DNA of 63,492 nt from an uncultured Clostridia bacterium (GTDB lineage: Bacteria; Bacillota; Clostridia; Christensenellales; UBA1242). The notes under the pieces were generated by a model. The model was not told the DNA's origin. It saw only the letters and a program-made list of their open reading frames with translations, and ran no database searches. The stretch covers positions 1-63,492 of the forward strand of contig CALBHW010000025.1 in assembly GCA_937893125.1 (NCBI GenBank). The letters run 5' to 3'. Shown here one piece after another: positions 55,853-63,492 of this stretch. A program made the translations under genes and the position numbers. The stretch's first letter is position 1. Every line of letters begins with the position of its first letter.

Positions 55853-58450
55853 CTATTTTTCAAGGTTAACTTGTTTATTTAAGTCAACTAAAATCTCAAA
55901 CGCGTCCATTGGACTAAGTTTATTTATCTCAATGTTTTTAATTTGATTGATTATATTATTCTTGCTTTCTTGCGAAAGTTGTTTTGGCGCTTCTTCGCTA
56001 GATTTAATTTCAAATTTGACCGAATTTTTTTCTAGTTGCGATAAAATATTTTTTGCACGCTTAATAATTTCGTCATAAATTCCCGACAAACTTGCGACTT
56101 CAATACCAAAACTCCTATCCGCGCTTCCGCGAACGATTTTTCTTAAGAAAATAACCGAATCATTAAACTCTTTTACGCTTACACGATAGTTTTTGACGCC
56201 ATCAAGTTTGCCTTCAAGAGTTGTAATTTCGTGATAATGAGTAGAAAAAAGTGTTTTACATTTTATCTTTTGAGAAATATATTCCAAAACTGCCCACGCA
56301 ATACTCATTCCATCGTAAGTTGCTGTACCACGTCCCACTTCGTCCAAAATAACAAGAGATTTATTTGTCGCGTTGTTTAAAATATTTGCGACTTCAACCA
56401 TTTCAACCATAAATGTGCTTTGACCGTTATTTAGGTCGTCACTTGCGCCGATACGCGTGAAAACCCTGTCAACAATCGAGATTTCCGCACTGGTTGCTGG
56501 GACAAAACTTCCCATATGAGCCATAATTGTAATAAGTGCAATTTGACGCATATAAGTGCTTTTACCAGCCATATTTGGACCAGTAATAATGAGAGTCCTA
56601 TTCTCATTTTCGTCAAGTAATGTATCATTTGGAACAAACATATCGCGTTTTAAATTGGCTTCAATAATAGGATGTCTGCCGTTTTCGATCTTAATTGACT
56701 TATAGTTTCTACTAATTTTTGGGCGAACATAAGAACAATCTTGTGCCACTTTTGCAAGCGAACTTACAACATCAATATATGCGACTTCATTTGCGGTCTC
56801 TTGTATCATTTCAACAACCGATTTTAGTCTGTTTTTGATTTCGTCAAAAATCTTTTGTTCAAGTTTATTCGCAAGTTCTTCACTATTCAAAATCCTGTTT
56901 TCAATTTCGCGCAACTCGTCCGTTATAAAACGCTCGTGTCCCGAAATGGTTTGTTTTCTTTCATATCTATAAGGAACAAGATTTTCTTGCGACTTGCTGA
57001 CTTCAATAAAATATCCAAAAACGCGCGAGTAGCCAATTTTCAAGTTTTTAATGCCCGTTTGCTCTTTTTCTCTTGCCTCAAGTTCACTAAGCAAATTATG
57101 CGCCGTTTGCGATGTATGTTTTAAATCGTACAATTCTTTGTTAAAGTCTTCCCTAATAAACCCACCATTTGACACAAGGGCTGGGCAGTCTTGCACAAAG
57201 ACATTGTCAAGAAGGTTTGCAAGATTTTTGATATCGTCAGCGTGCGAAAACATTGTTGCAAACTTTTCCGTGTGCAAATCTTTAACGAGCACGCTTAAAT
57301 CAACAACTGCAAAAAGTGCACTTTTGAGCCCCACGCAGTCTCTTGGCAAAATTGAGCCATAGGATATTTTTGAGCAAATTCTCGCGATGTCGTTTATTTT
57401 TGCTAGGCTTGCTATAATGTCGCTATTTAGCATAGGCGCACTGTACAATTCTTCAACGCAGTCAAGCCTTTCGTTTATCTTTTTAGGGTCTTGAAGCGGT
57501 TGCAAAATCCATTTCTCAAGCAGTCTTGCGCCCATAGGAGTTTTTGTTTTATTAAGTTGCCCAAAAAGCGTTCCCTTTTTCTTTCTATCACGCGCATTTT
57601 CCACAAGTTCCAAATTTTTGCACGCATTGTAATCAAGGTGCATAAACTCATTTGGTTTTTCTGTAACTATTTTATTTATGTGGTTTAAACTTCTTTTTTG
57701 TGTCTCAAAAAGGTAGTTTAAAAGAGCCCCACTTGCCCTAATTGCTTGCCTTAAATCAGCAAAATCGTGTCCTTTTGTATTTGAGATATTAAATTGTTTT
57801 TTTATGCTTTCAAGTGCATTTGCATAATCATATTCATAGTCAATTTGTCTTGTAAACGAAGGCAAAAAGTCGAGCGCGTGAATATCTTTATCCATCGACA
57901 AATTAAAAATGTCTTCGTTGCACAAAATTTCCACAGGCTTTATACGCGATAAAAGGTCGATAAAATTTTTCTTTTCATTATATTCCGCCACCTTAAACTC
58001 GCCCGTTGAAACATCCGCGAAAGCAACGCCAAAATTTTCACCTTCCTTGCACGCACTCAAAATATAATTTGATGTCGACGAGCCTAAAATGTCACTTTCA
58101 ATAACCGTCCCTGGCGTAATAACCCTTGTTACATCGCGGTCGACAATTCCACCGTTTTTCTTTGGCTCAGACAACTGGTCACAAATCGCAACCTTATAGC
58201 CCTTTTCAAGAAGTTTTGCAACATATGTGTCCACAGCGTGATATGGAACGCCACACATAGGCGCTTTTTCATTCCCGCCACAACTTCTCCCAGATAGCGC
58301 AATATCTAAAAGTTGCGACCCCAAAATTGCGTCCTCAAAAAACATTTCATAAAAGTCGCCTAAACGATAAAAAAGCAAACAATCTTTATATTGCTCTTTT
58401 GTCATAACATATTTTTGCATCATTGGAGAATATTCTTTTTCTTTTGCCAT
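55853..58450 (-). CDS. mutS: DNA mismatch repair protein MutS
   Basis: 865 aa with the Walker A motif GPNMAGKST and the conserved N-terminal TPMMQQY-like motif (SPMMQKY). Confidence 0.95.
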   Translation of the reverse strand: MAKEKEYSPMMQKYVMTKEQYKDCLLFYRLGDFYEMFFEDAILGSQLLDIALSGRSCGGNEKAPMCGVPYHAVDTYVAKLLEKGYKVAICDQLSEPKKNGGIVDRDVTRVITPGTVIESDILGSSTSNYILSACKEGENFGVAFADVSTGEFKVAEYNEKKNFIDLLSRIKPVEILCNEDIFNLSMDKDIHALDFLPSFTRQIDYEYDYANALESIKKQFNISNTKGHDFADLRQAIRASGALLNYLFETQKRSLNHINKIVTEKPNEFMHLDYNACKNLELVENARDRKKKGTLFGQLNKTKTPMGARLLEKWILQPLQDPKKINERLDCVEELYSAPMLNSDIIASLAKINDIARICSKISYGSILPRDCVGLKSALFAVVDLSVLVKDLHTEKFATMFSHADDIKNLANLLDNVFVQDCPALVSNGGFIREDFNKELYDLKHTSQTAHNLLSELEAREKEQTGIKNLKIGYSRVFGYFIEVSKSQENLVPYRYERKQTISGHERFITDELREIENRILNSEELANKLEQKIFDEIKNRLKSVVEMIQETANEVAYIDVVSSLAKVAQDCSYVRPKISRNYKSIKIENGRHPIIEANLKRDMFVPNDTLLDENENRTLIITGPNMAGKSTYMRQIALITIMAHMGSFVPATSAEISIVDRVFTRIGASDDLNNGQSTFMVEMVEVANILNNATNKSLVILDEVGRGTATYDGMSIAWAVLEYISQKIKCKTLFSTHYHEITTLEGKLDGVKNYRVSVKEFNDSVIFLRKIVRGSADRSFGIEVASLSGIYDEIIKRAKNILSQLEKNSVKFEIKSSEEAPKQLSQESKNNIINQIKNIEINKLSPMDAFEILVDLNKQVNLEK

Positions 58451-58505
58451 AATTTTCCCTTTTAAAAATTTAAATATATTTTTCTTTTGTTATGCAAATG
58501 TATCC

Positions 58506-59819
58506 TTAGCCAACCACTTTTCCATAAAGCAAATCGTTGTCTAATTTTTCAACAAGAACCGAGACTTCACGCCCAATTTCATAATTTCCAGCGTCAATGC
58601 GGATAAGCTTATTAAAATGTGTTTTGGCGAGTTCGTCTCCCTTATCGCCTTTAACGATAGTAGCGTCGTAAGTTTTTCCAACATAATTTTTTAGGGTTTC
58701 TTTTTGCAAGGAATGTTCAAGTTCAAAAAGCCTTGTTATGCGTTCTTTCTTAACTTTTGCTGACACTTGATTCTCAAAAGTAGACGCTGGCGTCCCTTGC
58801 CTTTTTGAGTACACAAACCCAAATATACTTGCAAATTTACAGTATTTTACAAGGTCCAATGTATCTTCAAAATCCTTTTCTGTTTCCCCTGGAAAGCCTA
58901 CGATAATATCAGTTGAAAGTGTCGCATTAGGAATTTTTTTATAAATGTAGTCAACAAGTTCTTTGTAGTGGGCGCTTGTGTAACGCCTATTCATTCTTTT
59001 TAAAATCTCATCACTTCCGCTTTGTACAGGAAGGTGCAAATTTATACTCATTTTGTCTTGGTGGCTTGCGATAAAATCGATAAGTTCAAAAGAAAAATCT
59101 TTTGGATGTGACGACATAAAAGAAATCTTAAAATTTCCTTTTATCTCACACAACCTTTTTAGAAGTGTTACAAAGTTCGTGCCGTCTTTAAAGTCGTTGC
59201 CATAAGAATTGACATTTTGACCTAAAAGAGTCACCATTTTGTACTTATTTTCTTTTGCCAAATTTTCCACTTCTTGTGCGATGTCTTCAATCTTTCTACT
59301 GCGCTCTCTTCCGCGAACATAAGGCACAATGCAATATGTACAAAAGTTGTTGCAACCGTACATAATATTAACCCACGCATTGTCGTCGCTCGTGCGATAC
59401 ATCTTAATATCTTCCCTAATCGCTTTTTCGTTATCCCAAACAACCGCGCGGAATTTTTTGTTATGCTCCTTTATGTACTCTTCCATTTCTTCAAGGTTAT
59501 GCGTGCCGATAACTAAGCTCAAAAAAGGAAAACGCTTTTTAAGCAGTTCCGCCATTCCTTTTTGTTGAGTCATACACCCACATACCACAACTAAAAGATT
59601 TGGGTTCGCACGCTTTAACGCTTTTGTGTCTCCGATTTTAGCCATAATCTTTGTTTCGGCAGTTTCCCTTATGCAACAAGTGTTAAATACAATTATGTCC
59701 GCTTCACTCTTTGTTTTCCCTTCAACATATCCTAAATCACGAAGCATCCCCGCAATTTTTTCGGAGTCGTGAACATTCATTTGACAGCCAAATGTCTCTA
59801 TAAAATACTTCTTTTCCAT
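58506..59819 (-). CDS. miaB: tRNA-i6A37 methylthiotransferase MiaB
   Basis: N-terminal FGCQMN, the radical-SAM motif CNNFCTYCIVP, and a TRAM C-terminus. The start is placed at MEKKYFIETFGCQMN. Confidence 0.9.
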   Translation of the reverse strand: MEKKYFIETFGCQMNVHDSEKIAGMLRDLGYVEGKTKSEADIIVFNTCCIRETAETKIMAKIGDTKALKRANPNLLVVVCGCMTQQKGMAELLKKRFPFLSLVIGTHNLEEMEEYIKEHNKKFRAVVWDNEKAIREDIKMYRTSDDNAWVNIMYGCNNFCTYCIVPYVRGRERSRKIEDIAQEVENLAKENKYKMVTLLGQNVNSYGNDFKDGTNFVTLLKRLCEIKGNFKISFMSSHPKDFSFELIDFIASHQDKMSINLHLPVQSGSDEILKRMNRRYTSAHYKELVDYIYKKIPNATLSTDIIVGFPGETEKDFEDTLDLVKYCKFASIFGFVYSKRQGTPASTFENQVSAKVKKERITRLFELEHSLQKETLKNYVGKTYDATIVKGDKGDELAKTHFNKLIRIDAGNYEIGREVSVLVEKLDNDLLYGKVVG

Positions 59820-59973
59820 AGACACTATTATATATTTTTTGTCAGCATTTTTCAACAAATTTTTGCAAATATATATATAAATATTTATAAAAATAGTTGC
59901 TATTAACTAATTAGTTCACAATAATTTGTTGTCTTGCTACATAATTTTAGTCCAAAAACACAATACTATCTAT

Positions 59974-62205
59974 ATGAAACTCGTCGTAAAACGCACTGCA
60001 AAAGTTCTCTTTTACATACTGCTAGCCCTTGTCTTTTTGGGGCTAGCGTTTGTTGTTGCTCTAGAAAGTGGATTTTTGACTGCCTTTTCAAGCGAAAAAT
60101 TTGACAAAAATAGACTTGTGATTGAAAGCGCAACTGTTGAAATGTATGACAAAGACGAAAAACCTGTAAATGTGGATTTAAAAGAACAAAAGAAAGCGGA
60201 TTTTAACGAAATAAACAAAGAAACAATAGACGCGTTTATTAGCATAGAAGATAAAAATTTTTACAAACATCACGGCGTAAATTATAAACGAATTGTTAAG
60301 AGTGCTTTTAAAAATTTGTCAAAAGGAAAATTTGTCGAAGGGGCGTCGACTATCTCTCAACAACTTATAAAAAATACGCACTTAACAAGCGAAAAAACTA
60401 TAAAACGCAAATTAAACGAACTCATTTTAACAAAAAAACTAGAAAAAACTCTCACAAAAGACGAAATTATGAGCGCTTATCTTAACGCAATATATTTTGG
60501 AAATGGCACTTTTGGAATAAATCAAGCATCCCAACGCTACTTTTCAAAAAGCGCAAAAGAACTTTCCCTTTCAGAGTCTGCAATGCTTGCTGGAATGATA
60601 AAATCACCAAAACTTTACTCGCCGATTACAAACCCCGAAAATTGTTTAAAAAGACGAAATGTTGTTTTGAAACAAATGTTATTGCAAGGCAAAATTGACG
60701 AAAAAAGTTTTAACGAAGCGTCGTCTCAAGGACTTAATCTACACCAAAATAAAAGTTTCTTGGGATATAACACTTATTATAATCATGCCGTCGACGAAGC
60801 GTGCAAACTTTTACATATGTCCGAAAAAGACTTGCTAATTAAGGGATATAAAATTTACACTTTTCTTGATAACGATATTCAAAAAGCGGTCATAAATCAA
60901 GTAGACAATATTAAACAAGAAAACGCCGATTGCTTGGTCGTGGCTCTTGACAACAAAAGTGGCGGTGTAACGGCTGTTTATGGAAAAAGTGACTATAATC
61001 TTCAAAATGTTTACCGCCAACCAGGGTCAATTTTTAAGCCAATTATTTCCTATGCACCCGCGCTTGAATATGGTGTAATTTCCCCACTTACACCGATTTT
61101 GGATGAAAAAATATGTTACGACGGCTATTCTCCACATAACTACAATAGAAAATTTAGCGGTTGGGTGAGCGCAAAAAATGCACTCGCAAGGTCGCTTAAC
61201 ATTCCGAGTGTCAAACTTTTAAATTATGTCGGAATTAACAATGCAAAAAGTTTTGCGTCACAAATGATTTCTCTTAACTTACAAGACAATGGCTATTCCT
61301 TGGCACTTGGTGGACTTACAAAAGGAGTCAAAATTGTTGATATTGCAAACTGCTATCAAGCAATCGCAAATTCGGGTAAAATGATAACTGCTAGACTTGT
61401 AAAGTCCATTAAAGACAAAAACGGACGCGAAATTTTTAGTAATTTTGAAAACGAAAGGCGTGTTATGAAAGAATCAACTGCCTACCTTTTGACCGATATG
61501 TTGAAAGAAAGTGTCAAAAGTGGCACTTGTAAAAAATTAAGTGGAGTCGGACAAAACATCGCGGGAAAAACTGGAACGGTCGGTAGTACAAAAAATGACG
61601 GCAACACCGACGCATGGAATATTTCTTTTACGCCAAACCGCACTATTTGTGTTTGGGTTGGTTCGACAAAAGATAAACCACTTCCTAAATCTATTACAGG
61701 GTCAAATTTGCCCACCACGATAGCGCAAGGCGTTTACTCAAATATTGAAAAAGACAACGAAAAATTTATCGTTCCGCCAAGCGTTCAAGAACTTGACATA
61801 AGCGCGCTTGACTTGTCGCAAAACAATCTTGTTCTCCTTGCCCCGCCTTATATGCCTGATAGATATAAGGTTAAAGGTTTTTTCGCCGTTGACAACATTC
61901 CGCAAGAATTTTCTAAAAGATTTGATAATATTGATGATTTTAGCTTGACTGGTACAATAAAAGAAGGCTCAATAGAATTAACTTTTAGCGCCCAAAAATA
62001 TTTAGCATATGACATCTTCCGTCAAAATGAAGATGAACTAATTAAAATTGCAACCATTTCAAACAAGCAAGGAGACACAACAGTAATTGATAACGCCATA
62101 AAAAATGGTAATTTTTACACCTACTTCGCCCAAGCGTCTTACCTAACCGACGCCACCGCCCCACCAAAAACAAGTCCCCACATCAAGTTCTATGTGGGGG
62201 AGTAA
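59974..62205 (+). CDS. Class A penicillin-binding protein (glycosyltransferase plus transpeptidase)
   Basis: EDKNFYKHHG and GASTISQQ (GT51); SIFKP, and KTGT (transpeptidase); N-terminal TM. TTG at 59926 is an alternative start. Confidence 0.9.
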   Translation: MKLVVKRTAKVLFYILLALVFLGLAFVVALESGFLTAFSSEKFDKNRLVIESATVEMYDKDEKPVNVDLKEQKKADFNEINKETIDAFISIEDKNFYKHHGVNYKRIVKSAFKNLSKGKFVEGASTISQQLIKNTHLTSEKTIKRKLNELILTKKLEKTLTKDEIMSAYLNAIYFGNGTFGINQASQRYFSKSAKELSLSESAMLAGMIKSPKLYSPITNPENCLKRRNVVLKQMLLQGKIDEKSFNEASSQGLNLHQNKSFLGYNTYYNHAVDEACKLLHMSEKDLLIKGYKIYTFLDNDIQKAVINQVDNIKQENADCLVVALDNKSGGVTAVYGKSDYNLQNVYRQPGSIFKPIISYAPALEYGVISPLTPILDEKICYDGYSPHNYNRKFSGWVSAKNALARSLNIPSVKLLNYVGINNAKSFASQMISLNLQDNGYSLALGGLTKGVKIVDIANCYQAIANSGKMITARLVKSIKDKNGREIFSNFENERRVMKESTAYLLTDMLKESVKSGTCKKLSGVGQNIAGKTGTVGSTKNDGNTDAWNISFTPNRTICVWVGSTKDKPLPKSITGSNLPTTIAQGVYSNIEKDNEKFIVPPSVQELDISALDLSQNNLVLLAPPYMPDRYKVKGFFAVDNIPQEFSKRFDNIDDFSLTGTIKEGSIELTFSAQKYLAYDIFRQNEDELIKIATISNKQGDTTVIDNAIKNGNFYTYFAQASYLTDATAPPKTSPHIKFYVGE

Positions 62206-62371
62206 TGGGTTTTATATTCTTTTAGTGAAAAGATTTTTCATATAAATAGATAAGTGTCATTTTAGTATAAGTTAGTAAAGATTACCAATTACGGAAAAAG
62301 CCCTAAAGTCACGCAACTTTAAAGGACTCTTTCTACTAGTATTAATTTAAAAAACAATTTACCTAAACATC

Positions 62372-63492
62372 TTAACTATTTTTGGTCCAAGTATATGCAA
62401 CCGCCGTTGTCACTAGGTTTGTTGCATTTTGTGCAGGGTCATCCAATTTTAATATTTCAATTGTTTGACTAGATCCTGATTTTGATAAAGTCCAGTGTGT
62501 ACTAGTATCTTCAAATATAACCGATGTAAGTTTTGAACATAGATAAAAAGCATTAGCTTCTATACTCGTCACACTGCTAGGAATTGTAATTTGTGATAAA
62601 GCATGACAGTAACTAAATGACCACGAATCTAAGTTTTTAATACTATTAGGTATATGAATATTTTTTAAATACTGACTGCCAGAAAATACACTCCCGTACA
62701 CAGTAGCGCCAGGGCTTCCAGCTGCGAAAAAGAGTTCATCATTTTTACTTTTGAACATAAAAGAAGTACTAGTTGTTGAAATTATACTTGAAATAGTATT
62801 TGGCAAAACGATTGACGATATACTACTAGCATTCCAAAGAACGGTGGGTGAGGCCTCACGCTCCTCAACATAAAGACATTGAGGCAAACTAGTAATTGAA
62901 TGCCCAAAAACGACTTCACCTCCAAGTCTTATATTGGAAGGCACGCTTGTATGTGTTGGTGTCATAAATGTTGCATAAAGAGTTGTGTTGTTTGTTGGGG
63001 TATCGTACCAAGATTCACACGCGGGATTTGCGCTTGTTCCAAGTCCTGATATGTAATAGGTTGTCCCTGGGGCGACATATCCTGTTGTTCCGACAACGGC
63101 GGAGTTGGTTGCAAAATAGTAAAATTCGGAACCGTTAGCGTTTGTTAAGTCCGCAAGGTTTGTAACTGAACCATTTGAAATGGTAGGGGTTACACCTGTT
63201 ATCTTAAATTTTGATTTGTCAGAATTGTAGACGATTGCACAATTTGTTGAGTCAATTTTGCAATTGCCCGAACTATTTGCAAAACTAATTGCAACTTTTT
63301 CATCACTTCCGCTTGGAGTTTTGCCACCGTCTTTCGTTAGAGCCCAGTTTAAAGAGCCACTTAGGTTGGCGTTGCGGGCGGTGTTGGCAATGTGGAGTTT
63401 GATTGAATAGGTTGTTGATTTATCGGGAGTTACTTCTATTGGCATTGACATTTCGGGTTTAAAAGTTTCGTCGTTTAGAGCGTATAAAAACT
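62372..63492 (-). CDS. Surface protein with a C-terminal BspA-type leucine-rich repeat domain (N-terminus outside the window)
   Basis: LRR units (IPNSIKNLDSWSFSYCHALSQITIPSSVTSIEANAFYLCSKLTSVIF). The reading frame stays open upstream of the ATG at 63451 to the window edge. Confidence 0.7.
   Translation of the reverse strand, partial: FLYALNDETFKPEMSMPIEVTPDKSTTYSIKLHIANTARNANLSGSLNWALTKDGGKTPSGSDEKVAISFANSSGNCKIDSTNCAIVYNSDKSKFKITGVTPTISNGSVTNLADLTNANGSEFYYFATNSAVVGTTGYVAPGTTYYISGLGTSANPACESWYDTPTNNTTLYATFMTPTHTSVPSNIRLGGEVVFGHSITSLPQCLYVEEREASPTVLWNASSISSIVLPNTISSIISTTSTSFMFKSKNDELFFAAGSPGATVYGSVFSGSQYLKNIHIPNSIKNLDSWSFSYCHALSQITIPSSVTSIEANAFYLCSKLTSVIFEDTSTHWTLSKSGSSQTIEILKLDDPAQNATNLVTTAVAYTWTKNS

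Noticed and set aside
62372-63451. A second VR in other surface-protein genes (the LRR protein and the 222-aa protein)
   Set aside because: Scanning by eye for the invariant TR blocks (GGACGAAAGCC, AGAACAGCCCAGCAT, CCACCGCGCAGGACACC) found them only at the TR and at 9491-9610. A computational search is still advisable.

Overview
This is 63.5 kb of a low-G+C Firmicutes chromosome, Clostridia-like and from an endospore former. Most of it is ordinary housekeeping, largely on the minus strand: serS, lexA with a Cheo box, rny, thiI plus a cysteine desulfurase, pheS/pheT behind a Phe T-box, spoVAC-AD-AE, yunB, rpmB, an S1 protein, plsC, a pseudouridine synthase, a DD-carboxypeptidase, ytfJ/ytfI, polA, rpsT, holA, comEC, aspS, miaA, mutL, mutS, miaB, a class A PBP and four tRNAs (Trp, Leu, Thr, Glu). 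The exceptional part is a visibly G+C-richer accessory island of about 7 kb (roughly 6.55-13.85 kb). It lies between tRNA-Trp, whose 3' end and terminator are duplicated 210 bp downstream, and rny. The island holds a complete diversity-generating retroelement (DGR). A 120-nt template repeat (13588-13707) and a DGR-clade reverse transcriptase (12384-13490) sit upstream of a 792-aa target gene. The last 120 nt of that gene (VR, 9491-9610) differ from TR at 23 positions, and every one is a TR adenine. A GC hairpin follows the VR. No Avd gene is present, and the target lies downstream of the RT rather than upstream. The target is co-oriented with a small secreted protein that shares its N-terminal leader and with a SipW-type (archaeal/ER-type) signal peptidase, which suggests a DGR-diversified, SipW-processed surface module (inference). 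The island also contains an unclassified GC-rich inverted-repeat/structured-RNA element family (two ~177-nt copies with compensatory changes, plus minimal hairpin versions). A pair of inverted 46-49-bp repeats brackets the target cassette. Elsewhere I noted an orphan Pol-beta-type nucleotidyltransferase-like gene behind serS next to a 950-bp ORF-free AT-rich stretch with iteron-like repeats, an extremely Asn-rich lipoprotein, and a repeat-containing surface protein. All calls come from reading the sequence and the ORF track; no database search was run.
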